Source: Tubiluchus corallicola (taxonomy: Eukaryota > Animalia > Priapulida). From it: a stretch of 64,000 nucleotides of DNA. Below are positions 13,778 to 27,064 of this stretch, piece after piece. The notes beneath the pieces are model-generated. The model was not told the DNA's origin. It worked only from the letters and a program-made list of their open reading frames with translations, and ran no database searches. The stretch lies in contig JAQGDQ010000320.1 in the NCBI GenBank assembly GCA_030141605.1, forward strand, positions 124,001 through 188,000, written 5' to 3'. The stretch's first letter is position 1; each line of letters opens with the position of its first letter. A program made the position numbers and the translations under genes.

Positions 13778-16700
13778 GAGTAGGAGTAGGAGTAGGAGTA
13801 GGAGTAGGAGTAGGAGTAGGAGTAGGAGTAGGAGTAGGAGTAGGAGTTGTAGTAGTAGGAGTTGTAGTAGTAGGAGTTGTAGTAGTAGGAGTTGTAGTAG
13901 TAGGAGTTGTAGTAGTAGGAGTTGTAGTAGTAGGAGTTGTAGTAGTAGGAGTTGTAGTAGTAGGAGTTGTAGTAGTAGGAGTTGTAGTTGTAGTAGTTGT
14001 AGTAGTAGTGGTAGTAGTGGTAGTAGGAGTAGTGGTAGTTGTAGTATTAGTGGTAGTGGTAGTGGTAGTGGTAGTAGTAGTAGTAGCAGTAGCAGCAGCA
14101 GCAGCAGCAGTAGTACTCACTACACTTTGTTTTTTTTAGAAACCGGAGTCACTTGCTGCAGCTGGTCATGTAAGAGCAGTATCGGAGAAAGAGAAGGACG
14201 AACGAGAGTTGCTGGAAAAGCGTCAGAGGGAAGCTGCTGTAAAACAGTCTAACCTTTTTAAATACAGCACTAGGTAGATATGTCATAAATTGACTTAATG
14301 ACCAAATATATGTCATAAATTGGTTTTATAAACAAATCAAAAATTGGCCTGCAAATCTGTGTTATGTAACGTGTTTGTTAGCTAATCTGCTTTCATATTA
14401 TGTAACTACTTTTTTGTAGTATTATCGTTTAATCTGCAAATTAAGAAAAACATACTTTAAGTTTGAGTCTAATAAGTCGAAACAAAATATTCAAATGTAG
14501 CAAAAAATACTCAAATGCAAAATACTTAGCTAATAAAATAGTTAAAATGTAAGCTAAAGTATTACAGCACGTTTTCTGACGTGTGATTGCAAATTTAGAA
14601 GTTCAAAAAAGGAGTGGTGTAATTTTCTTAATTACTTACATCATAGCAGCATATAGTTGGCTCAAAAATGAAATCAATGTAACACTAAGACAAGAAAAAA
14701 TACAAATATTTGGCAAACACAATAGCAAAAATTAGCGCCTCAATTCGCACATTAAGCTTTGCCATGTCAGTGCCACGCTCACACCTTTCACCTGCCTTAT
14801 ACTACTGCCACCTGGCGCTTGAAATTCTGGAAAAATCCTCACACATTATGACATTCAAACTTGATTACTGTAATAGTTTACTTTTCGAGCTTCCTGAATA
14901 TGAAAATCAATCACAAACTCCAATTAATTCAGAACTCTGCTGCTCGTCTCATTACCAAAACTATAAAATATGATCACGTTACACCTATTCTAAGAGAGTC
15001 ACACTTTATATGCCGATAAAGTCCCGAACTTTGTTCTAATGCTAATGAACAAATTAATTTAGTTCAACTAATTCCAAATATAGTATTCTGTGGTGAACAA
15101 AATGTAAATAAATTTTATATTACATTAACCCTTTCACTACTAAAAGAGGCACACTACCGCCCGTGTTTTTCATGCGAGGGACGGAAGGCGGTAGACTGCC
15201 GCCCAAGCTCTGCACTAATCGCAGTCACCCAGGTCTGTTCATCTCACTGCTACAGCCCTGGGATTGGGGTTGTTTAGCTAACAAGTAATGCTAACCAGCC
15301 AGTCAGTGTCTGAAGCCAGGTGCATTCCACAATACTGTACTGTATGATATGTTCCCATGCAAAATCACTTGTACATTGTTGATGAAATGTACGCTTTGTC
15401 TCTTGTTCTGCATTCCTATAAAATAATTGCGTATTATGGATTAGTAATGTGTCTTTTGTGAAAACTTGTTTCTAAATATAAGTAGATGCTTATTTGTGAG
15501 ATTGTGCATGTGTGTGCATGTATGTGTGTTCGTATGTGTGTGCATGCATAGAAATAAAACTAATAGTTAATATTAGTACTCAATAACGAACAACTATTTG
15601 TTTATTTACAAGATTCTGTTTTAGTAACACACCACAAGAAGTTATTGCCAAATGTCCAAAAGACAATGTGGCCCAGTTAAAAAGCAACTACGTGGTGAAA
15701 GAGTTAAAGTTGGTCACAGGTCTATTGGTGTTTTAGATGCAGAATTAAAATCCTACGAAAATTGCAGACTCCTATATATACTGTGCAAGATATGCTATGC
15801 AAAAACTTAGGTATAACTTTGTGTATGCATACATGTAGTGTATGTACGAATAGCTTTAATCAGGGCCTATTTCAGGGGGGGGGAGGAAGTGGGGATACTT
15901 CCCCGGGGCCTCACCCTCCAGGAGGGCCTCGCGCCAAGGTAACATTTTTTTGCTTTATGCAAACGTACTGCCTCCTCTCTCTCCCTCCTTCGCTCTTGCC
16001 GTACGTGCGCCGTTTGCCAGTATTGACAAGTTTTAAGGACTGGTCCTAAGAATAAAGCAGTTTTTCTTTCAATTGTTCTTTTCTTTAACAACTGTATAAC
16101 TCCATATTTTCTTTTCGAAAATGCTTCTCCGGCGTTCCAGCAGTTCAAAAATTTTCTGGGCGCCAACTGCGGTAGTGCCCGCCCCGGCGCTTGAGCCCCC
16201 CCCCCAATGGGGCCTCACACGCCCCATTTCCCCGGGCCTCGCCTAGGCTGAAATAGGCCCTGGCTCTAATTGTGTTTATAATCTAGGCACTCAAGGTTCG
16301 GCGGCACTTATACGTTGAAGGATGTCAAATCTATTAGCAATCGCGACGTCATCTACCATCGGTCGCTCACCGACCTGAAATCACTGTCGTTTGATTACCA
16401 GAAATCGCGAAAAAAGATCCCGAAGAACAAAGCGCCCCCAAAAGACGGAGAACAGTATCGTCGCTCGACACTGAGCATACGCCTCTTCTTGAAGGAGTTT
16501 TGTATTCAGTTTTTGAAGAACTGTTACAATCCGTTAATGCATGTTGTCAAGGTGAGTAATAAAACACCTAATTAGCAATGGAACTAACGCTCGAAACAGA
16601 CTGACTGGTGAAGTACAAAATATATGCATTTTATACACATGCTGTAGAAACAAATTAAGTTTAACCCTTTCACTACGGAAGGCGGCACACTGCCGCCAGC

Positions 16701-19700
16701 TTACTTTTTCTTGTAAGGGATGGAAGGCGGTAGACTGCTGCCCAGACCAGCACGAAGTGCAGTCCCTTGGGTCTGTTTATTTCACCGCTATAGTGATGCA
16801 AAAACATTGTAGAAAAATTTAGCAGCCGTGGGATTGGGGTTGCTTTGCAACAAGTAATGCTAACCAGCCGATCAGCGTCTGAAGCCAGACAGCAGCCATG
16901 GGATTGGGGTTGCTTTGCAACAAGTAATGCTAACCAGCCGATCAGCGTCTGAAGCCAGACAGCAGCCATGGGATTGGGGTTGCTTTGCAACAAGTAATGC
17001 TAACCAGCCAATCAGTGTCTGAAGCCAGACGCATTACGTAATACTGTACTGTATGGTATGTTGATGAAATGTACGCTTCGTCTCTTGTTCTGCATTCTTA
17101 CAAAATAATTGCGTATGATGGATTAGTAATATGATTTTTGTGAAAGTTGGTTTCTAAATATAAGTACATGTGCATATGTGTGTGCATGTGCACAAATAAA
17201 ACTAATATTCAATATTAGTGCTTAATAACAGATGACCATTTGTTTATTTACAATATTCTGTTTTAGTAACACACCACAGGAAGTTATTGGCTAATGTGCA
17301 AAAGCCATTATCTAGTTTTGGCAGATTGGATACGGGCCGTATCAAAAAGTAACTACGTAGTGAAAGGGTTAAACGACGCAAACAGCAAAGAGTTATAATG
17401 TGTAGTTAAAAGGAAGTTCCTGTAGGTGTCACCACTAAGCAGAATTTAGTGAAAGCAAACAATAACATAATTTAATGGAAGCTCGATAATATCCTATAAT
17501 ATCCTTTTGACAAGTAAATTAATAATAATAACACTAGCAAAGGCCCCGCAAAAGATTTTGCGTATAAATACACGTGTAATCAATAATACGCGAACATCCT
17601 ACATAGTCCTCAAAAATACGCGAACATCCTGCCTACTTTTTGTTTACTTACCTAACGCAAAGCCAGCAGCAGCTGCAGCTATAAGGTTATAGGCAGAGTA
17701 TAATGGATGACGTCAGAACAATGGCATTGAGTCAGCAGTTTTCTAAGCGAAAATTGTCGAAAATGGAACATGTAATTAACTAGCCAGTACTCCTCTCGGT
17801 GGACCTGTCCTAAAATATAGCCCACATCATCGTGTAGCCCTGTTCTTCCTCTTTCTAAAGAGCCGTATATCTCCTTCCGAGAGTCCCACCAGGCGCCGCT
17901 AGAATGTTTTTGCCGCGTGCTGTTTGGTCAAAATTTCGAAAAAATCGCGAGTTTAATCAGTTTTAGTTTGATTTTGCTATTTGGACATACAGTCTGAGGA
18001 ACTTGAGCGATATACTCATTAGATATCAACTGTGTTTGTTTTCTGCATTATCACGTGACTGGTTAGGTGTGCTCTTGTTGTTTTAGGATATTTTGAACCA
18101 CCAGAGAGTGCAGAATCATGACGAAACGTATTATCTATGGGCTGTGAGATATTTCATGGAGTTTAATAGGTGTTATCATTTCGACGTGTCTTTAGTCAGG
18201 TAAGATTTATGATATGGATGACTGTTTAAATTTATGTGAATTTCTGTCGAGTCATATGTTTAAACAACTCAAAATTGACCTTCTCTTTAAGTAAATTTCA
18301 CTACAGGTGTTACTTAAGCCAGGCTTTTACAGGAGTTGTGACTTGAGTGACTACCTGAAGTCCAACTGTCGCCAAACTTGCGCCAAACAGTCTCAAAACT
18401 TTGGTAGATGTTCACAGTTGTCGCTCGCCGGCTTTGGCAAGTTTTTTTAAATGTTTGATTTGTCACAGAAGTTTTGTCACAAAAGAGCTTTGCAAGCCTG
18501 TCGTAAAGTCGCATATTATTCCTGGTGTTCATCAACAATTTTAGAATCTTGAATTTATGCTTGAAAGTTTGGATAGTAATAAGTACTATGCAAATTTAGC
18601 ATTGCATAGCAATCTTACAATTTTGTGTAGCGTTTCATAACTATTGTGAAAACAAAACAAGCATAAAATAGAGACGTTTAAAGTTTATGTTTTTGACTGG
18701 ATCTTCATTATGCAATACAAAAGCGATCGATCAATTCAAATTTTCAAAATTTTACATCAAAATTTTAAATACAAAGTAAGGCTTAGCTATCAAAAAAATA
18801 TTTATCAGTATTGTTCAGTACAGCGACTGATTTAAGCAAGTTTTTCTAACTTTGATATTTAGTCGCTCTCTTCAGCTTCAGTCTTTTACAGGACTTATCA
18901 TTTTCATTCTTATGTATAGCCAAAAATCCATGTATAGGCCTGTTGGTAAGTTAGTAATCCTTACACATTAAGCCAGCAGGCGGCGCCTTGCGCGTTGTCT
19001 AGTTTTGGCTGTTTGGATGCAGTTTCCTCGAGGTAATGCAACTAATGCTAGTGATACTTGTTATACACAAATTTAAAACTGCAAAATGGGCAACTTTACA
19101 GAGGAGCGTGTAAGTTTAAACTGTGACGTTTTTTACACAAGTAAGTAAGTCTACAAAAATTTATTAGCAGTGACTATGATGCAAACTCTTCATTGGGCAG
19201 TACCTGACAAAAATTCTGTAGCATTTTGCAATGTGATTCTAGAAAAATTCAGTCCTAAATTAGTTAATGTTAATTTACTAATTATGTACATCTTCTTAAT
19301 ATTTAACATGATATTGTTTTTTTGCAGTGAGACAGTTTCACTGAACACTTTCCATTATATTCAAACACAGCTGGAGAATTACTATGAAATGATGTTTGGA
19401 GATAAGAAAGATAGTCTCGTATGGAGCAGAAGGTTTGTCATTGTAATTTAAAACTAGCAAAGACCCCGCAAAAAGTTTTGCCTATAAATACACTTATAAT
19501 CAATAATACGTGAACATCATACATAGTCCTCATTTATAACGCAAAGTCAGTAGCAGCTTTTACTGAATTAAAGCTATAAGGTTATAGGCAGAGCATAATG
19601 GATGACGTCAGAACAATGGCTTTGCATCAGCAGTTTTCCAAGCGAAAATTGTCGAAAATAGAACATCTAATTAACTCGTCGTCACTCCTCTCAGTGGACG

Positions 19701-22700
19701 TGTCCTAAAATATGACCTACATCATCGTATAGCCCTATTCTTCCTCTTTCTAAAGAACTATATATCTCCTTCCAAGAGTACCACCAGGCGCCGCTAGAAT
19801 GTTTCTTCTGCTGGCCGTTTGGTTAAAATTTCGAAAAAATCGGGAGTTGCGGGACGCCGTGGCCCTCTCGCATATTCTAAATATCGTACTACACCCACCG
19901 CTGAATGGGCTATCTAAACATTATTGACACCGCTCCCGGCACATTCCCATTCTCTAGAAATAACAGGTATAAATTTTGCAATTTTTTGCCAAAAACAGCC
20001 GAAAAATGGCCATTTTTGAAGGTTTTTCGTCCCGGTGGGCCCGATTCGAAAAATAAACCCCCAATGGCATGACACTAGATCGAGACATTTCGTTTGATGT
20101 ATAGATCGCTGCAAATGGTGCCGTCATCGAAGCTGTAGCCTCGAATCTTATATATATATATATATTAAGCCCATACCAGCGATATTAATATATACGATAA
20201 TGAAATCACCAACAATAGCAACCTTATAAACATCCTTACACTATCTTACATATTTCAAAACATTTATTTTTAGCTGAAACAGTATAAATTTAAAATGACA
20301 TCGAATTTTTTAGTTTGTTTCAAGTGAGTAAAGCTGTTACAGTAGTAGTAAGCAGTACTTACGTATGCAATAAATTCTCAATTTGTATCGAACCGATCGG
20401 CGTCTGGTAGACTGCTCACGGCTGCAACAAGCTGTTTGAAAGATGACAGAGATATTTTGCTGTTAAATGATTTAGTTTGGAAGAAAGTGTTAACGTCTTG
20501 GTCTGCAAAACCACAAATTAGTTCTACATAAAATAAGTCATTATCTGTACAAGTAAAAGCTATGAGGTCTATTATATGTAGTGTGAATCCTGATGTTGCC
20601 ATTTGCTGATTACGAAATTATTACATATATGTACTAACATTTGACTACGGCCAAATCACGTTGAAAACACCGGTTCTCGTCTGATCACCAAAGTTAAGCA
20701 ACATAGAGCCTGGTTAGTACTCGGATGGGTGACCGCCTAGGAATACCTGGTGCTGTAGGCTTGCGGGATGCCCACACTGTATCTCGACAGTAGGCGGAGG
20801 AGCTGCACAGGCAGCCAACGGCTAGAGGGAGGAGGAGGTAAAGTAACCCAACGGCCATGTGTAGAGGAGTAAACCTTCCAAATCAGGAGTGGAGCCCCGA
20901 AGGCGGACCAGTGCAGCACGCTCACTGACTCCGGCAGCTCCTGCAGCCAACCCGGTGCCAAACGTATCGCTCCACTTTCCTTTGGACTACACCAGGTAGG
21001 AAGAGAAGGGGTTCCTGTTGTCTGGGCAACTCAGGATCTCCATACACCTTGCCCAGGCGTACCCCCTGGAGACGTTCAAGGATCGCACTGTTCAGCCACA
21101 GTCAACGCTGCAGCTCCATCAATGTGATCAATAACTGACTCTCTTGGCGCACACTCCATTGTCTTCCAAGACAGAAGGATGCCAACCAACTAACATTTGA
21201 GAGTGCTAAACACTAGATTACTATATTAGTGCAGTATTACCACTGTCTTACATTACTTTATATTATCTGTTAAGAAATTAACTACTGTAAGTTAACTGCC
21301 TGTTAAACTAAAAGTAAATACCTTATGTCGTGTTTGTAATATTTCTGCAGCATTTCACATTTTCTGCTTGTTGTTAACATTATCATATCGTATTTTTTAC
21401 ATTTTAAGAGCTCACTTGGCACTGAAGGCCTATCAGGAGCTACTTAACACTATAGCATTGATGGATCGGTCCAACGATGCAGCCATTATCGAAAGTGCAA
21501 AAGTGATCAAAAGTAGGTGTTTTACATGTACTCATTGTTCTTTCAAAATAAGCATCGTTTACATCTGCGTTTTGTGACTGTAGTTTGATATTTAATGTTA
21601 TTCATTTGAGGTTTTGTTATTGGTCAATTCCGATGAACATGTATCTTATTTTACTTTGTGTTCACCCGCCAGTTTCTTCTGGAAACAAAGTCCCAAGTTA
21701 TATTTAGCGATCAGCGATTGAAGTTTAGAATTGTCGACAGCTGGTGGAATTATTTTATGCCGTCAATCTAAAGTCTATGAGCCTACTTACACGTTGCGTA
21801 TTTGACGCATGAGTCGGACGCAAGAGTAAATCTGTTTACCTGATTCGTCTTGCTTGTGCGTCCCGGACATGGTGACTCGCAAGGGTAAATCTGTTTACCT
21901 GATTCGTCTTGCTTGTGCGTCCTGGACATGGTGACTCGCAAGGGTAAATCTGTTTACCTGATTCGTCTTGCTTGTGCGTCCTGGACATGGTGACTCGCAA
22001 GGGTAAATCTGTTTACCTGATTCGTCTTGCTTGTGCGTCCTGGACATGGTGACTCGCAAGGATGAATCTGTTTACCTGATTCGTCTTGCTTGTACGTGTT
22101 GGACATGGTGACTCGCAAGGGTAAATCTGTTTACCTGATTCGTCTTGCTTGTACGTCCTGGACATGGTGACTCGCAAGGATAAATCTGTTTACCTGATTC
22201 GTCTTGCTTGTACGTCCTGGACATGGTGACTCGCAAGGATGAATCTGTTTACCTGATTCGTCTTGCTTGTGCGTCCTGGACATGGTGACTCGCAAGAGTG
22301 AATCTGTTTACCTGATTCGTCTTGCTTGTACGTCCTAGACATGGTGATGGTGACTCGCAAGGGTAAATCTGTTTACCTGATTCGTCTTGCTTGTACGTCC
22401 TGGACATGGTGACTCGCAAGGATGAATCTGTTTACCTGATTCGTCTTGCTTGTGCGTCCTATACATGGTGACTCGCAAGGGTAAATCTGTTTACCTGATT
22501 CGTCTTGCTTGTACGTCCTAGACATGGTGACTCGCAAGGGTAAATCTGTTTACCTGATTCGTCTTGCTTGTGCATCCTGGACATGGTGACTCGCAAGGAT
22601 GAATCTGTTTACCTGATTCGTCTTGCTTGTACGTCCTGGACATGGTGACTCGCAAGGGTAAATCTGTTTACCTGATTCGTCTTGCTTGTACGTCCTGGAC

Positions 22701-25700
22701 ATGGTGACTCGCAAGGATGAATCTGTTTACCTGATTCGTCTTGCTTGTGCGTCCTGGACATGGTGACTCGCAAGAGTGAATCTGTTTACCTGATTCGTCT
22801 TGCTTGTACGTCCTAGACATGGTGATGGTGACTCGCAAGGGTAAATCTGTTTACCTGATTCGTCTTGCTTGTACGTCCTGGACATGGTGACTCGCAAGGA
22901 TGAATCTGTTTACCTGATTCGTCTTGCTTGTGCGTCCTATACATGGTGACTCGCAAGGGTAAATCTGTTTACCTGATTCGTCTTGCTTGTACGTCCTAGA
23001 CATGGTGACTCGCAAGGGTAAATCTGTTTACCTGATTTGTCTTGCTTGTACGTCCTGGACATGGTGACTCACTTTACAGCGGACTGTCGCGGGGTCGACA
23101 CGCAAATGTCGTCTCAAGAGACCAAATAAAAATCAGTTAAAACAATGCAAGTCATTGGCCTAACACAGTTAAAAATTCACGGTGTCTACTTACCACTCTC
23201 TCCCAAGCTTGTAGCCAGTCTATTTGGGAATGCTTGCCTGTTATCTTTTCTATGATATAGCTCACTGTGTACACTACATGCAAGCTCAGTATGATATAGT
23301 TTAATCAATTGCATTGTGGCCTACTATCTTTGCAAGCGTAGTTGCGACGCCATGCCTTCAAAATGTCAAGACTTGTTTTCCTTCCCCCAAATACCGCTAA
23401 CAGTTACAACCCACGTGACGCAATCTCACTTATCTGATTGGTATGCTACTATCTTTGCAAGCGTAGTTGCGACGCCATGCCTTGAAAATGTCAAGACTTG
23501 TTTTCCTTCCCCCAAATACCGCTAACAGTTACGACCCACGTGACACAATCTCACTTATCTGACTGGTATGCTACTATCTTTGCAAGCGTAGTTGCGACGC
23601 CATGCCTTGAAAATGTCAAGACTTGTTTTCCTTCCCCCAAATACCGCTAACATTTACAACCCACGTGACACAATCTCACTTATCTGATTGGTCTGCTGCT
23701 TGCGATGTCTCAAGAAATTACCACTTGCATCCAACACATGAGTCATAGAAACTCTCCCGTCATGCATACCTGATAATGATATCTAAGATTTTGGTAGCGG
23801 ATGCTGGAAGGCAGACACAGAGGCTGGATGCTGGAAGGCAGACACAGAGACTGGATGCTGAGAGTCAGGTGCTGGACGCTTTGGTGTATCCTATCATGGG
23901 CTTTATTAAGCCGAATTCATGCAAAGTTGTAGTATGTTTAAAGTAAAGAAATTGATTTTATTAAGTTATAAGCGACACTGTTTAACATTATAAGCAAATG
24001 TGCTGGTGATTGTTGTATGCCCAGGTTCAGTATATGATGTCACGGCTGTATAAGTGTTTGAGTGAGTTTTTCAAGTAGTTCGCACATTGTGAATTTTGGA
24101 GTGGAAACTTAATCATCAACTTTTCAAATTACCTGGCATTTCACAATATCATTAATCAGATCAAGGTTGTGAGTGCCAGAAACTTAACTACCTTCTACTG
24201 CCGGGGTGTGCAAATTATCTGACTAGCCGGGCCACATTAAACTTTCCCACATTTCCTGCAGGCCACAGGCAGTTTGATCAAGGAGCCAAGTACAGAAGGG
24301 CCTAATAACGAATTTTTTTTGCATCCGACCTGCGTACATCATTACTACTGCACTCAAGAAACTATTTTAGAAGTTATTAAAATTTATATTACAAAGCATA
24401 TATTTCTACTTTCAGGACAGATAGTGGTAATTTCATTACAATGCATATTAGTAATGTGTATCACACAGTCTGTGTAGTACAGTGTTATTAAGCTACAACC
24501 GTCTTGTAAGGGTTAATGGCATCTGATCTAGTAGAAAAAACTACCCGCACTATCCTTGGGATCGTGGCACGGACTTCAGCTGGATACACTCAATTAATCA
24601 CCCGGGCCGCACTTTCATTAGGTTGACAAACCTCTTCGCGGGCCGCACAAATTCTCTCGGCGGGCCGCAATTTGCACACCCCTGTTCTACTGTTTTTAGA
24701 AGCTATTTTGTAAAAAGTAAAAGTTATTTGAGTAGAATTTCTCACATTGTTGTTTTTCGTTGCAACCTATGCTACAAGCTTTTTAGTAACTTTGGTCTAT
24801 CTTGACTGATAAATATGTAAATAATTTGAATATTACAATGCTGTTAAAAATGTGACCACGTTAAACTTGCTTTTAGGTAACATTTTCTATGTTCCGGAGT
24901 ATAAAGACATATTCCTGGCTCTGTTGAGAAAGTTTGATCAAAGCAAACAGCCAAAGTACGTTTTAGCCTTCATGAATTACTCGTTGCAATCTTACTATGA
25001 TACTTAACGTGTCTTAACATGTTTTTCTTGTTCTTTGATAAATGTTGATTGTCACTTCAAGTTTTATTATCAAAATTTGCATTAGTAGCTGATATGAATG
25101 TCCTTCGTACTTTTTTGTTACATAACTGATCTTTTGAATTTTTGATATAATTGTAGAGTTTGTTGTAGCTCCAAGGAGGGATGACCCTATAGGCTAGTAG
25201 AGGCTACAGCCTGGGTTCCTCAAGCTTGAGGCTTCCAAACATGCGGGGCTCTGCTAAAATAATTTCAAAGATATTTTTTTGAAATATGGGTATAACAGTT
25301 TAATATTTTGCATTGCTGACTAATTCATTTAATTTAAAATGAAATTTCAAGTTTAAAAAGGAGCCCCGGGAGTCTGAAAACATGCTTCAGTTTGTGTCCC
25401 CTTATTTGAGATAAAGCGCCCCTGTCTGAGGCTTTTTATTTGAGATAAAGGGCCCCTGTCTGAGGCTTTTTATTTGAGATAAAGGGCCCCTGCCTGAGGC
25501 TTTTTATTTGAGATAAAGGACCCCTGTCTGAGGCTTTTTATTTGAGATAAAGGGCCCCTGTCTGAGGCTTTTTATTTGAGATAAAGGGCCCCTGCCTGAG
25601 GCTTTTTATTTGAGATAAAGGGCCCCTGTCTGAGGCTTTTTATTTGAGATAAAGGGCCCCTGTCTGAGGCTTTTTATTTGAGATAAAGGGCCCCTGTCTG

Positions 25701-26955
25701 AGGCTTTTTATTTGAGATAAAGGGCCCCTGTCTGAGGCTTTTTATTTGAGATAAAGGGCCCCTGTCTGAGGCTTTTTATTTGAGATAAAGGGCCCCTGTC
25801 AGAAGCTTTTTATTTGAGATAAAGGGCCCCTGTCTGAGGCCTTTTATTTGAGATAAAGAGACCCAGTTTCGAGCCCTAGCTGTAAATCATGGGGTCTTTA
25901 TCATATTTCTTTATCATTTCGACTATTTTGCAGGCGAATTAGAGGATGGCTTCGCCTGAGGGGCCCCATAATTTCATTAGTTCAGAGGCCCAAGAGGTCA
26001 TTTTCCCTCCTGCCCTGCCTGTCTTGAAGGAATGTGTCATCTCTTAACAGCACTTGTTGGTAAACTTCAAATCTATTGCACGTTAAATGTGAGATTGGTT
26101 GAATAATATTGACTGTGTCTATTATTCAGTTACGATGTTTGTTTTCGCAGTTCATTTTTGAGCGACATTATCGAAACGACCCACCTCTTTACTCGGCTGA
26201 TGGAGAAGTATTGTCAGACGAGCGGAAACGTCGTCGTGAAGGCCAAGCGCAAGAAGACGAAGAAAAAGACCAAAGTGAAAGCAAAAGGTCAAACTTTCAG
26301 TTTCTGTTTTTCTTTCTAGGGCGCAGCACTGTCGCACATGTTTGTTCAGAATCTCAAAGTTGCTTCTGTTACTTGGTTTTTAATCGATATGTTTTTGCTA
26401 ATATCTGAACAGCTAAATAGGTTAATAACTTTTCGTAGGAGAGTCTGTTCTTAAATTTTGAACAGCAAGGAAACTTTATGGTTGTGAGCATTCTGCATTT
26501 CCTCTGCTGAATCTTTGTAAGAGAGTAATAAATTATAATAAGCAATTCATACAATATGATCTGTTACCTGTTGCTATTTTTGTTTTTAATTTGTATATTT
26601 TTCAGTAGATGGTGCTGGTGGTTTGACAGATGAGCAGTTAGATGATTTGTGGGACGAAGTATCTGGCGATCTGTCGTCAATTTTTCAAGGTCGACAAGAA
26701 CTTCCTGCAGACACGGTGCCATTTGATGCAACGATCCTCGGCTCCGGGTTACCTGTAGATGAACAGAAGTATGAATGATTTATTTTTGGAGCAGCTCTCT
26801 ATCGACACTTAAATTTTAACAGCTGTTGTTATTTGGGCAATCGTTGACCATAGTAATTGAATATAGTGACAATAGTTGGACACCTGTCTATTTAGAGTTT
26901 ATCATGTTTGCAACGGGAGAATTATGAATATCAAAACTTACAAGTACTGAAGATT

Positions 26956-27004
<49 letters not shown>

Positions 27005-27026
27005 ACTACTACTACCACTACCACTA

Positions 27027-27064
<38 letters not shown>

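Noticed and set aside
13521-14252. ORFs rich in poly-T/P/N or poly-I/S/R (also 8645-9088, 26908-27857, 31385-31828)
   Set aside because: These are translations of micro- and minisatellites lying in introns.
20643-20762. Functional 5S rRNA gene
   Set aside because: No oligo-T terminator, fused to a shared body, flanked by TSDs, and the second copy has internal deletions: it is a SINE head.
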